A stretch of 64,000 nucleotides of DNA from contig MU054323.1 of assembly GCA_013239625.1 (NCBI GenBank), positions 1,860,001-1,924,000 of the forward strand, in the 5' to 3' direction. The translations under genes and the position numbers were made by a program. The notes under the pieces are model-generated. The model was given only the letters and a program-made list of their open reading frames with translations, was not told the DNA's origin and made no database searches. Below are positions 11,691-24,390 of the stretch, piece by piece. Origin of the DNA: Lama guanicoe (lineage: Eukaryota). Position 1 is the first letter of the stretch, and the number at the start of each line of letters is the position of its first letter.

Positions 11691-12869
11691 GGCATTAGGG
11701 AAAAAAACAGGAGTTTTGAAATAGCTTGATATTGTAATGACCTGGGATTCTGGGAATACCTGCCTGGATCTCAGCCATCTCTCCTCATGGGTGCCGGAGG
11801 GAGAAAAACTCACAGCCAATTATAGAAAAAAGAAGTGAAGAGCACATTATTATATAGCTGGGATTTGGCACAAAACCCCAAAGCAGAGAATTCTGACAAA
11901 CCCAACTGAACTGTGTGGAACACTCTTTAGTGAAGTGCTCAGACCTCAGCCTACGTACAGCAGACCACAAGGCCCGCTGCTCTGTTTCATTGCCATGTTC
12001 AACATGCATCTTGAATTTTTCCCCACTGTAGTCCTTTGAATGGAAGGAACAGCCAAAGAGAATCAAAGAGCTGCCACCAACTCTGACTGTTGATGCAGAC
12101 TGACCTGCAGTTATGACAGTAGCTCCTACCAGAGTGGGAAAAGGAACCGGAGAAGAAAGTTGGGAAACAAAGTTTTTCCCCTTTATTCATATCTGTCTTT
12201 GAAGGATAAACTGCCATGTTGCTTCTTCCTACTTCAAATGCCCAGAACTTTTGGGTCTGAACCCTTGCCTGCTTTTCCTCTTTAAATTAGGCCTTTCCCT
12301 AATTCTTCAGATTTCCAAGGCTCCTCACTTTCCCCCACTTATCTGCTGGATTTTTGTCAAGCCTTTCAGAATACCAGAAATCTCAGTCCCTCCTACCCCC
12401 ACCCCCAGCTTGGATGTTGATTCTTTCGTTTTTTTCAAGGCCATAGTTCTCTATTATTAATATGCGATACAAAATATTCATCCATCCATCCAATTATTTA
12501 GTCCTAAAGTAAACGTGTAAAATTAACTTCTAGGTGTCTGGTTTTGCTGCTTTACGAGTGACACAATGTATTGGTGAAATCACATAAAGAATATTTACTG
12601 GGGGAATAGCTGGGTGTGGAATTAGTCTCAATATCGGGATCAATGTTGAAGCAAACACAGGGAATTATTAATAATTTATGCAAGTGACCACCAGACTTCA
12701 ACTTACACCCGACTCCAGCATCAGCCATCTATCTGTGTTTATGCCAAATGCAAATGAGATCACTGGTGGTCAGATTCTGTTGGAATTCAGCTGTGCCAGC
12801 CAGACATGTGCAAGATGAATATTTAAATAGGGTATTAAGCAGGGGCCTGATGTTCAGTGAGTGTTGATG

Positions 12870-13030
12870 AGGAAGCAGAAGAATACTGGTGCAGGAGTCA
12901 AGCTGTCTGAATTTTCAGCTTGGACTTGCCACTAACATTGTGAGCCTGGGATAATCGCCCTTTCAGGATCTCAGCTTTCTCAGGGTGAAGAATGAGAGGA
13001 GGACACTCTTAAAGTTATAGCTCTAGAATC
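12870..13030 (+). mobile_element. MIR/MIR3 fragment
   Basis: ggagtcaagctgtctgaatttt...gccactaacattgtgagcctggg...tctcagctttctca. Confidence 0.6.
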
Positions 13031-13104
13031 TGGTGGTGCGGGGTTACCAGCAAAAGGGAAAGCAGCATATTGTCTGAAAACCCTTGTCTTCCTTATCTCT
13101 AAAA

Positions 13105-13432
13105 GTCCAATTTCAGCTCGTTTTCAAGCTCTCTCTTAGATAGCATCTCCTCTACGGAGCCTGTCCTGACTCCCCCGATAAAGTCACTCCTCCTGCCTTT
13201 CAACCCCTAGTGCATTTCGATCCGAGTGGTCTGTGCATCTTCACGCTCTGCATTTTGTATGATTATTATTTGTGACCACATTCTAGTCTTCTACTGATTT
13301 TGCAGAAGTCCTTAATGGCAGGGTAGTTACAGGTGAATCCATTTCTATCTCTCTCATAGTTCTTAGCACAGTGGCTGGCACAGGGTAGATAATTTATCAA
13401 GTGCTGGTTGTGTGTTAATTCAGTAAATCAAT
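13105..13432 (+). mobile_element. L2 3' end
   Basis: catctcctctacggagcctgtcctgactcccc...cttagcacagtggctggcacagggtag...aagtgctggttg resembles the L2 3' terminus. Confidence 0.7.
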
Positions 13433-13434
13433 GA

Positions 13435-14620
13435 CTAATCCATTTTGAGTTCATTTTTGTGAAGTGGGGAGGGACTGTGTCCAGATTCATTTTTCGCATG
13501 AGGATGTCCAGTTGTTCCGGTACCACTTGTTAAAGAGTCTACGTTTGCTTCATTTCATTGCTTTCTCTCTGTCAAAGATTGGTTGACTATGTTTATGTGG
13601 ATCTGTTCTGGGGCTCTCTTTTGTTCCATGGATCTACTTGTCTATTCTTTCATCAATACCACGCTGTCTTGATGACTGTAGCTTTATTGTAAATCTCTAA
13701 GTCAGGTTTTAATTTTACACTTCTTTAATGGCATATGATGTGGAGATCAAAGCTCTAATCTTGCTCAATCTGGGAAGAACTCATATCTTGACAATATCAA
13801 ATTTTTCTGTCCCTGAACATGGAACATATCTCTGCTTATTTAGCTCTTCTTCGATTTCTTTCAACAGAGTTCCATAATTTTCTTCATATAGATATTGAAA
13901 ATGCTTTGTTAGTTTTATACTTCGGTATTTAATTTTGAGGGGATGCTAAAGTAAGTGATGTGTTTTTATTTCAAATTGCAATTGTTCATTGCTGGCATAT
14001 AGGAAAAAACTGACTTTTTAATATTAACCTTGTATCCTACAACTTTGCTGAAATCACTTATTAGTTTCAGGATTTGTTATGTTGATTCTTTGGAATTTTG
14101 TACATAGACTGTCATTTCATTTGCAGACAATGAGAGTTTTATGTCTTCCCTCTCAATCTGCATACCTTTTATTTTCCTTTCTTGTTTTATTGCATTAGCT
14201 AGGACTTCCAGTACAATGCTGAAAAAGAGTGGTGAACGGAGATATCCTTGATTGGTTCCTGAGCTTAATAGGAAAGCTTCTAGTTTCTCACCATTAAATG
14301 TTTTCTAAGCTGTAGGTATTTTTTTGTCATTGTGCTTTATCAAATTAAGATTGTTCTTCTCTCTCACTAGTTTGCTAAAAATTTTTTATCATGAATGAAT
14401 GTTAAGTTTTGTCAAATACCTTTTCTACATCTATTGACATGATCATGTGATTTTTTTTCTTCTTTGGCCTGTTGATGTTATTGATTATATTAATTGATTT
14501 TCAAGTGTTGAACCAATTTTGCATACCTGGGCCAAATCCCACTTGGCTGTGGTACATAATTCTTTTTATATATTGTTGGACTTGATTTGCTAATATTTTG
14601 TTGTGGATTTCGCATCTCAC
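13435..14620 (-). mobile_element. L1M ORF2 (RT region) fragment, antisense
   Basis: ORF 14501..14701(-) contains HNKILANQVQQYIKRIMYHSQVGFGPGMQNWFN (L1 RT); canonical antisense ORF2 text throughout. Confidence 0.92.
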
Positions 14621-14769
14621 CATTAACTGGATTGCATCAATTCTCCTGTAATTCAGATTAAGCCAAATGTAGTGTATTGCTGAGTCCAATGAAAATATCA
14701 CAAAAATAGCATTCTTATATAGAGAGTGCAGGGTGATGAAAAAGAGAATTCATATTTATTGATTATCCC

Positions 14770-15010
14770 TGTTAAGTATATTACTTAATTTGTCACATGT
14801 AATGTGGAAATTAGTATTGTTATTTCCATCTTTCAGATGAGAAAATAATTTTCCTTTCATTTAACCATCAATACGTTTTACCTGAATATAGCATAAGTTG
14901 TGGAAAATAATTAAACTCAGCTCCAAAACTCATCCAGTAAGTAGCAGAGTCAAGACCTAAATCCAAATCTACCAGATTACAAAGTCCATGCTTCTTCCAT
15001 TATAGCACAT
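14770..15010 (-). mobile_element. MIR, interrupted
   Basis: tattgttatttccatctttcagatgagaaaa ... agtaagtagcagagtcaagacctaaatccaaatctaccagattacaaagtccatgc. Confidence 0.65.
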
Positions 15011-17209
15011 GGAGATTAGATTACTTTAGGCTGACGAGCTACATTATCCTTGGAGGTAATGATGAAGTGGGAGAAAGCCATCAGGATTTAAAATTCCTCA
15101 AACAATAGATGTAAGGCTCTGGGGACTTTGGGCATCTGGGTAGTCTCAGGGCTTCCTAGAAGGAGGATGCATAAGAACAACATCTTTCACCCCAGCCAAC
15201 TCCCCATCTAGACACAAGAACTTGTAACGTGATAGTCGCTGGTCCAGAGGTCCTGTCATAAATACAACCTCTCATGCGGCCTCAAGAAAATCTCTTTTCT
15301 TCAAATTAGACTCTGGGAGCGTATCTTATTGTTTCAAAAATGGTCCATGGATGCCCAAATAGTATCACCATGCGTCTGTAGGTGGCCAAAGTCCCTGTCC
15401 ATGAGGCTGGTTATCGGCCTCATTTCCCTTTCATAGTTATAAACAGATACTATCCCTGCCACAGTGGAGCCACAATGTCCAGCCAAGTCCTTGTCAGTCC
15501 TGTTTCCTTGACTTGGTTCCCAGTCAGTCTCCCTTGGCTACCACTCAGAGCCATGTTGTGAATGGAAAGATTTCCCAGAATCATAGGCAACCACAGTCCA
15601 ACTCTGAAGCATCTGCCCAAAGACTCGATTTCCTGCTGCTGTTTTCAACCTACCTGAACTAGAAAGACTGGACATTGTGACCATCTCTCTTCCCACAATC
15701 CCAGCTCCCATCTGAGCCTCCCAGCTGTCCAGAACCAGCATTTGTAAGAAGTCCTTCCTTAGTTACAGAGCTCTCCACATTCCTGAAGATCCCATTGCGC
15801 ATCAAACCTATGTCAGGATATCTTGAATGTCTATGCAAAATATACTGGCAAGTCCGGTTCTATGATACAACCTCTCCTGTTCAGAACAGCAAAGAACCAG
15901 CCATGACAGAGCTGTCTTGAACAGGAGGTCAGTCAGTATTATGACAGCTTCCCTATTAATACTTTCCAATGTGGCTGTTTCAGGCTTGGGAAGGCTGAGC
16001 TTTCTGATAAGCTCAGATGTGCTATGTTTAAATGATTGCATAAACAGATATGCTGTATTCAAATGATAACATGAAGAGATTTGATCGATGATAACTACCC
16101 ACTAATCTTACAAAGCGGCTGGACCCTTGCGACCTCGAGAGCATTTCGGCACTGCTGCCAAGTTGGTCCAGGCTGATCTTAAGACTAGGTAGTCCTTTGC
16201 TATGAGTAACTCACGCAGCTGTACAAACATGCCTCAGATCTATTGGTTTCTTTAATCCAACTGGATTCTACGGGGACGGGCTTACATTCTTATACTTCTA
16301 TGATTTATGATTGTAATGATAAGCCTGCTATAATCATGAAGCTTAAAGAGCTTCAGCATCCTGGCCTGGGGAAGACATCAGGTTTAGTGGAAACAGAGTT
16401 GATCTTAGCATTGGAAACTCTATCCTAAAGTCACGTGGCAGTAAGTCATAAAGTTGGTCTGTTCCTCCTCTCTTCCCCCACCTCTCTCCGTATTCTCTTT
16501 GGCAAATTTATGAACACATAACCTATTGAATTAAAGCTAATTTTAGTTCCAAAGCCATTAGGAAATAAGATCCTGGGGGGAGTTTTAAGTAATTTCATTT
16601 CAGCTGATTAAGATGTTTAGATACAATGCATCACATTTGCTGTTTGAAAACACTGTCAAAGTCAAAAGCACACTAAGTACACCATGTCCTATGAGCTAAC
16701 TAATTGGTGGTGGTATCTATTTAAAACTTTTGTTAACTCAGTAAAAATTCCTTGAAAGCTTTCTTTATGCCCTAGTCACAAGGGAAAAGTTGAGTCCCTA
16801 GGCACCCATGAGATGAATTCCTATCCACCAAAGATATGTTTACATATGGTTATTTTTTTACAGTTTAATTTGACTTTGACCTAGTCTTATTTCTGAGTCT
16901 GTTCTTGTCCCCATTTTGATTTTAGTCTTATCTAATGGGTTAGAGTCCCTTCATTTCAAGAATGATTGAGCCAGGTATGCAGAGTTCATTATCAGCCAAT
17001 CCCATGTGACAAAGAGTAAAGAGGCCCTCAGGAAAAGACCTTAAGTCTTCTGCACAAGAAGAGTATCATGACCAGAGAGACATAATCAGGCACTTTACAA
17101 ATCACCACTAGCTACTGTTTACATACCAAGCCTATAGAAAGACGGCCAGATCAATGTTGCTATCCTCAGGTTACTTACAGTCTTTTGTGAGACACACAAT
17201 AAGGACAGC

Positions 17210-17440
17210 TAACATTTCTTAACTTTTTCTTACCTGCTAGACATTTCACTACTTGCTGGACAGAGGCTATTTCATTTTATCCTGACAATTGTCCTAAGAA
17301 TGGGCAATGTGATTACTCCTGTTTTAAAGATTAGAAAACCAGGATGTGAAGAATTGCTCAAGATAATTTATCTAGGATGTTTTGGAGCTGGAATTTGAAC
17401 CAAGTTAGTGTAACTGTAAGGCTCTGGCATGTAACCACCA
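17210..17440 (-). mobile_element. MIR
   Basis: gattactcctgttttaaagattagaaaacc...ttgctcaaga...ggagctggaatttgaaccaag. Confidence 0.65.
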
Positions 17441-17789
17441 TCTGACCTTGCCTTGTGGAAGGACGCCGTGTAATGTTACATGAATAAGGATTGTGCGAAG
17501 TTCTTTGCGATCACAGAGGAGACATACCTGCCTTTGACCAGAAGGCTAGGGGAGCTGGTGGGAAGAGTTCACTTGTGTACCAGTTACATCAAAGCCCTAT
17601 TCCATGCATGCTGGCCATGAGGGAGAGGAGGCAAGGAGAAATGTCCAGACTTGGAGCCACATGGGTTGTATTGGGAATCTAGGGAGGCTATGTTCAGAGC
17701 CTCAACTCCCCCTTCCCAGAATGCTTCCTCTTTACAGGGAACATTCTTCCAACCTGTCTCCATGAAGGTAGTGTTTTTGTCAGTAGGGT

Positions 17790-18030
17790 GCAGTTTACTG
17801 GACAGGGAATTTGCTGCTGTCAGAAAGATGCACGTTTAAATCTCCACTCTATAATTTGCTAGTTTTATTATCTTGAGTGTATTTCTCCAAATCTCTGAGT
17901 TTTAATTTTATCACATGTCAAATGAGGATGTCAATATTTACCTTACAAGAATAGTGTGAGAATAAGAGACTTGAAGAAGAAATGGCCAAGATATGACTTG
18001 ACAAGCTCGGTGCCTGCAGTGTAATGTGTG
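17790..18030 (+). mobile_element. MIR
   Basis: gtttaaatctccactct...tctctgagttttaattttatcacatgtcaaatgaggat...taccttacaagaatagtgtgagaata. Confidence 0.6.
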
Positions 18031-20423
18031 CCCACTCAGTGGCAGTTTCTCCCTTTTAAACTCTGCTCTCAGGGAAAGTTTTTACATTCCTCTTTTGTAC
18101 TTCTGTAAAATCATATTGCAAACTAGATTTTCTTTCTCAAAAGGGCAGCTGAACACCAGGCCTGACCTTTTACTGGCTTCTTTCCTTCAAGAGATTTCAA
18201 ATGTCAGAGATCTTACTAAGGATGCATTCTTGGGGAATATTTTGGTGCTGTGAAATTCAGCTGCAGAGCAGACAATTTTTGTGCTAATTATTCAAGGCTT
18301 GGGGTCTGAAAATCTGTGAGATAGTCCTAAACACTAAGGGGCAGAGGGATGGAACAGCTGAGTCCCAAGAGATGTCCTGGGGAAAAGTGAAACCAAGCTC
18401 CACCGTAACTGCTGAGCTGTAATGAAAATGTGAGGGTTTGTGGTTATCTTAAACCCTAATGTGAAGTCTCCATCTCTCCTGACAAGGCACAGTGTTGCTC
18501 TGCAAAAGTGCAGTGAATCAGAGCATTTCCAAATAGCCTCGTTCCCGTCAGCAAGTGAGCAGTCTTGGTCTTAATCAATAAATGTAATTAGAGAATCGTT
18601 AATGAAGGACCCCATCCCTTAGGCTACTTACCATAATGCCATTTGCAAATCATCACCAAGCACATAGAAAGCGTTTTGATGATCATTCTAGTTACTTGAA
18701 TAGGCGTATTTAGTGTTAAATTCTTCTACTTCTTCCAAACACCCACCTCAACATCCCAAAGATCATCAGATGTAATTCATCCAGCTAACATCTTTCCCTT
18801 CAATTAACTTTTTTTCTTTTACCATCTCCCCCACTGTCTCCTCCTACTCATATTCCACTCTCTTTCTCTTCCTTCTTCTTGTTCTGAGACAGGATTGGTG
18901 TGGGTGGAACCATTTTGTACCCCTTCTATTCAGACTCCATATCTTTGGTGGGACTAAGTAAACCGTATCTAATTTATGAAAGTTCAAATTGGCTTAGTTT
19001 TTCTCAGGTGCTAAAAAAAGTCTTTTTCCTTAGAAACACTTTTATTCTATGAATACTTACTAAATACCTCATGGTCACTGCCCTGGGATGCAGATGTATG
19101 CTGAAAATTATTAATAAAATGGAAGAGGAAAAGAGATATAGGAATATTGAGAGGGAGCTAGTCATTTTTGCTGGACAAGGCAATGTTTGAGTGGGAACCT
19201 TGAACATTTACTGAAAGTGATGAAATGAACATTTTGTGGTCAAGACATATGGGAGAGGTGGATGATTTTAAGGCATCTCTCTTGTTCAACTTAGAGAGTC
19301 CATGTTGTCTCAAGCCCCAGGGACATTAAGGGAAACAGTGAGAAATAAGGATGGAAGAGGGGGATTTGTGCTGATAGATCCAGAGTACTTAAAAAAGGAT
19401 GAGTGGCAGGGACCTCTTCCACCCCACCCTACCATGGGTCTGTTCTCCAAGCCTATCTTTCTTTTGGGTGCCCTCTTTGATGCCATCTGTTGAAGGACAT
19501 TTCTACTGGGGTGCAGTAACTGTACAGGATTGCTCAGTGTCAAAGGATTACTGGAGAAAACACACAGAAGGAGAAACAGAAGGCATGACGTGGGGTGAGA
19601 GCAGGTTGATACCATATCTTGCCCTCCCATTCTTATAACTCCCCGACCCTGATCCCTTTTGCAACTTTTACTCTGGCTGCTAAGAGGGGCCTATTTTGTA
19701 ATAGACAAAAGCTGTTATTAGGAAGAAGGGAACTATGGTGATCTTAGGACATTATCTGAAAAAACAAACAAACAGAAAACAATAAAAGTTCAATTTGATT
19801 ATGGTTGGAACATGAACTTCCAACTAATAATCTGAAATCAAAAACACTGGAAATTTTTACATCTTTTGAGCAGTGTTTTGCATTCAAGTTATAGTAACAT
19901 CTCTTCTCCCAGTTAAAAAACTTAAAAACACTGATTGTTCATATTGACCAAATAATCAAACATCAAAGCTAAAATTTATGGATAAAACTCAATGTATCCT
20001 AGCAAAATCACCATTTTCATACACTAAAGTGTATTGAAGTGGGTTTTTTTCTTTTAAGGAATAGTGTGCAATGCTCACGTGTGTATATAGTACACATAGT
20101 GATAACAATAAACTCGATTTGAGTTGTTTAGTACCATCAATAAAGAACAGATTTGAGAAATAAGCTATTATAATAGGTACACATCTGAGCGAAAGAGAAC
20201 AATTTGTGTCAATTGTATGTTACAACTCATTTTAATGTTTATTAATGAAGGAAAGTGTAGTCAGATTTCTATCTGTCAGTATATTATCAGTTGCCACTGA
20301 GAGTCTGTGGATATACTCATGGATAATCTAAAACTGTCTTTGTTTAAAAATTTATCTTAGAATTTTAAAATTTATAAAAATGTTACAAAAAATTTAAAAA
20401 AGAACTTTTAAAAAATTGAGACT

Positions 20424-20546
20424 TATGAAAACAAATGTATATATATACGCATGACTGAGATATTATGCTGTACACCAGAAACTGACACATCATAACTGAC
20501 TGTACTTCAATAAAAATTGTTGAAAATTAAAAAAATAAATAAAAAT
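20424..20546 (+). mobile_element. Very short L1 3'-end insertion with TSD
   Basis: Matches 4450-4525 (atgctgtacaccaga). TSD aaaaattgagact (20411-20423) / aaaaattcagact (20547-20559), at a TT/AAAA endonuclease site. Confidence 0.9.
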
Positions 20547-21655
20547 AAAAATTCAGACTGATTTTCTTTTTTATTAAGTGAAGTTGGTGAAGCTGACTAT
20601 TCAACAATATTTTTCCTTATGTCAGATGTTGTTGAATAAAGGAAATAAAACTCATAAATTCAGTTTTATGGTTTACATAGATCAACAAGTTGGCTTGACA
20701 TTTATAAATCCTCTGGAAGGCAGTCAGAAAGCTAAGTGTTTCTCTCATTTGTTAAGAAAATCAGTGGTTACATGACTCAGTTCTTTGTATGGGAAACAAC
20801 TGAATGAGCTTTCTTTCAGACACCAGTTATAGAGAAAAATGCTAGAGGATCACGTTACTTTTAAAAGCATTGTAAACTATTTACTAACAGGAATAAATAT
20901 GTTTTCTTGTGACTGAGAACAAAATCATTACTAGGTACTCAAAGTTTACGCAAACTAGAACTGGTTTCTCTTGAATGAAATGGATCAGAGTTAATTCAAA
21001 TTTTAACCTAAGAGAGTAGTTTTTAATTTCAGTTTGGATGTAAATAGATAGAAAAGACTTTCATTTTCATAGTAATACTAACAAAAATCAAGATAAAACA
21101 ATAATTGTGCTTATCCATGAGTTGATTGAAGCATAGTAGACAAAAAGAAGCCCAAATGAATTGATTTCTTAAAAGAGAAAGCCTTTCTAGATGAGTAGTG
21201 AGCTGCAGTAGCTTCTTGGGAAATGCGGCCTCTGGGTGCAGACTTGCTGAGAAGAGGGACTGCCGGAGAATTTGCCCGGCTGAAGAGAGGCCAACTGGAT
21301 TGTCTTGATGATAGAAGCAAGCAGAGGGATTGAAGCCTACAATTCCCCAAACACAATATTTTGTGTGGCCTGGAAATTCTCTCCGCTTCTTTCTGAATGT
21401 CGTTTTAGCAGGGCAGCAAATGTGCAGCTGAGAAGCAGGAAGGATCTGTGTGGTCTTCAGCTTTCTCACAGGGCCTGGAACTGAATACCTCCTGTGCTGT
21501 CTAGTGGGGGAAATTCTGCCCACCTCTTCTGGCTCAAATGCAGTTGAAACCACAGAGATTAGCCCCTCTCCTTCCCACGACTGTGTACTGCAGGTAGGAA
21601 CTGGGTTGAAAAGAGATGGGTTTAATCCTATTAAATCTGAAATTCAGTTTCTGAT

Positions 21656-22045
21656 TGTACTAGTCAACTCAGGATACTATAACAAAACACCACAGATTGG
21701 TTGGCTTAAACAACAGAAATTTATTTTCTCATAATTCTAGAGACTGAAAAGTTCAAGATCAAAATGCTGCAGGGTTGATGTCTGGTGAGGGCTCTCCCCT
21801 TGGGTTGTAGACAGCTGCCTTCTCACTGTGGGCGCACTTAGCCTTTCTTGTGCATGTGCGGTGGGAGGGGGGTGGTGTAAGGGAAGGAGAGCTCTCTAGT
21901 GTCTTTTCTTTTAAGGACAATAATAATCCTATCAGATCAGGACCTTATTCTGAGAACCTCATTTAAATTAATTACCTCCTTATAAACCCTATGTCTAAAT
22001 ATATTCACATTGGGTGTTAGTGCTTCAACAGAGGAATCTGGGCAG
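21656..22045 (-). mobile_element. MaLR LTR (MLT1A-like)
   Basis: tgtactagtc...ggcttaaacaacagaaatttattttctcataattctagagactgaaaagttcaagatcaa...tctggtgagggctctc. Confidence 0.88.
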
Positions 22046-22099
22046 CGAAAAGGGGTGCAAGTTGCCTCAGTTGGTCCAGAGGCAGGGCTTCAAACCAAA

Positions 22100-22484
22100 G
22101 AGGATTTCTCTTAAGCCTTACTTAACATCTAATGGAATTTGTCTTGCTAGGTCTTGGACTTGGTTGGGATCCATTACCCCTTTCCCTTTTCCAATTTTTC
22201 CCTTTTGAAATGGGAATGTTTATTTTATGCCTGCTCCACCATTGTATTTTGGAAAACCATAGTTTGTCTGGTCTTCCAGGTTCACAGCTAGAGAGCAGTT
22301 TTGCCTCAGGATGAATTATACCTCAAGTCCTACCCGCTTCTGATTTAGATTATATTCAGATGACACTTTGGACTTTACCGTTGATGCCAGAATGAGTTGA
22401 GAACTTTGGGGCTGCTGAGATGGAATGAAAGCATTTTGCATATGACAAGGACAGAAGTTTGGTGGGAAGGGGCTGGGAGAAGAA
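22100..22484 (+). mobile_element. MaLR internal region 3' end with polypurine tract
   Basis: tcccttttgaaatgggaatgttta...ccattgtattttggaa...actttggacttt; purine-rich ggtgggaaggggctgggagaagaa abuts the LTR TG. Confidence 0.8.
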
Positions 22485-22710
22485 TGCTATGGATTGAATG
22501 TACCCCCAAATTTATATGTTGATGCTCTAACATCCCCCCCTCTCCATGTGATGTATTTGGACATAGGGCCTACAATGAGGTACTTAAGTTTAAATGAGGT
22601 CATAAGGGTGGAGCCCTGATCAGATAGGATTAATGTTTTTATAAGAAGAGACATCACAGAGTGCTCTCTCCTGCTCTGTCTCCCTCCCCTACCCCAGCCT
22701 GAGCAGACCA
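22485..22710 (+). mobile_element. MaLR LTR (MLT1A/MST-like), 3'-truncated
   Basis: tgctatggattgaatgtacccccaaatttatatgttga...aaatgaggtcataagggtggagccctgat...ataagaagagac. Confidence 0.88.
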
Positions 22711-22849
22711 ATACATAAATCAAAAGGACTTTTGGTGAAATATGAATGAAGCCCTCATTACCTCAGCTGCCAAAATAGGAAAGAGTTTGTGTTCTCTGGG
22801 AGAAGATAAAACAAAAACAAACAAACCAATGAATATCTTCTAAACTTAA

Positions 22850-24390
22850 TATTCCTCAAACTCCAGTTTTTCAACACAGTGTCTCCTATAAAATAAAAAT
22901 ATATGAGATATAAGAAGTAGTTAATAAATGGGACCCACAATTAAGAAACACACACATACATACACACAAATAGAAGACACATGGATGATCCAGATAATGT
23001 CACTTGCAACAAGGATATTAGAATAACTACTATAAATATGTTCAAAGTTTTACAGAGATATAAGAAAAGAATGGTTAAAGACATAGGAAATGAAAATATC
23101 ATAAACAACCAAATAGAAATTGTAGTACTGAAAAATATCTAAAATAAAAAAAAATTAGATGAGCTTAAAATAGAACAAACAGTGCAGAAAAGTCATCAGG
23201 TTAATAGAAATATCTAAAATGGGACCACACTGAGGTAACAAGATGAAAAACACCCTAGCTGTGACTTGCCAGACAACATCAAGGCATGTAATGCATGTGT
23301 AGCTGGGGAGTCCTGGAACGAGGGGAGGAAGAAAATGGGGAGGAAAAATTCCATGAAGAAATAAATAATGACTTAACATCTCCCAGCAAAGACATGAATC
23401 CCCAAACCCAAAATATTCAGCAAACTCCAAGCAAGATACACACAAAGTAAACCACAAATAGGCAACTCATGTTCAAGCTGCTTATAACCAAAGGAAAATG
23501 CTCTAGGCAGCTGGAGAAAAAAAGGTAGATTATATACAGAAGAGCACCAAAAAGTATGATGGGGACTTCTCATCAGAAACAATGTAAGTGAGAAGACAAT
23601 GAAATGACACCTTCAAAGTGCTGAAGGACCCAAACAAAACAAAACAGTCAAATTGTAATTCTCTATGAAGCTTAAAGTCCTTCCAAAAACAGAGACGAGA
23701 TAAAGGCACTGTCAGATAAAGACAGCTAGGAGAATCTGTCACCAGGAGACCTGCACTACAAGAAACACTAAAGGAAATTCATCAGGCTGAAGAGAAAGGA
23801 ACAGCACGAAAAATAGTAAGCATGTAAGTAAGTATAAATGAATATTTTCTTCAATTTGTTTAAAAAAGAATCGACTACTTAAAGCATAAACAACAATATT
23901 TTATTGAAATGGTTATAAAATGTTAGTGTTAAGGTACAATGAGTAATACCAATCACTCTAAAGAAAAGCAGAGCATAAATGGAATTACACTGCTTATGGA
24001 TTTTTACTTTAAACATAAAATGGGGTAATGTTAATTCCAAGATAGACCTTGATTTACTAAGTCCATATTTTAAGTCCCTCAATAAACTGATAAAAATAAA
24101 ATCATATAGATACAATCTATTAAGGAGATAAAATGGAATACTAAAAATATTAAATTGATACAAGAAAGCAGAAAAAGAGAGTGACAGGAATGAAGAATAG
24201 AGACAAACGAAAACAAAAATAATTCCAAGATCACAGGCTTAAAATCAAGCAGCAATGAGGCAATAAAAAGAAACAAGAGGCAGGAAAATTGGAAAATAAG
24301 TAAAACTGTCTTTATTCACAGGCAACATGAAAATTAAAAGGGATTGAGAAAAAAAAATCTGTGAAATCTGTTATGTAAATTTAGTAAGGG
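22850..24390 (+). mobile_element. Ancient L1M (ORF1 and inter-ORF region, with a small RT remnant)
   Basis: gacttctcatcagaaacaatg...accttcaaagtgctgaa and gacctgcactacaagaaacactaaaggaaattc are L1 ORF1; 24302-24330 reads KLSLFTGNM (decayed KLSLFADDM). Confidence 0.8.

Noticed and set aside
19260..19720. Possible ancient ERVL/Gypsy-type LTR
   Set aside because: Composition is suggestive, but I could not identify termini, TSD or family-diagnostic sequence.
21029..21553. Longest gap-free ORF (174 aa, minus strand)
   Set aside because: Non-ATG start, no recognisable domain, and an AT-rich C-terminal part; an ORF of this length can occur by chance in 64 kb across six frames.
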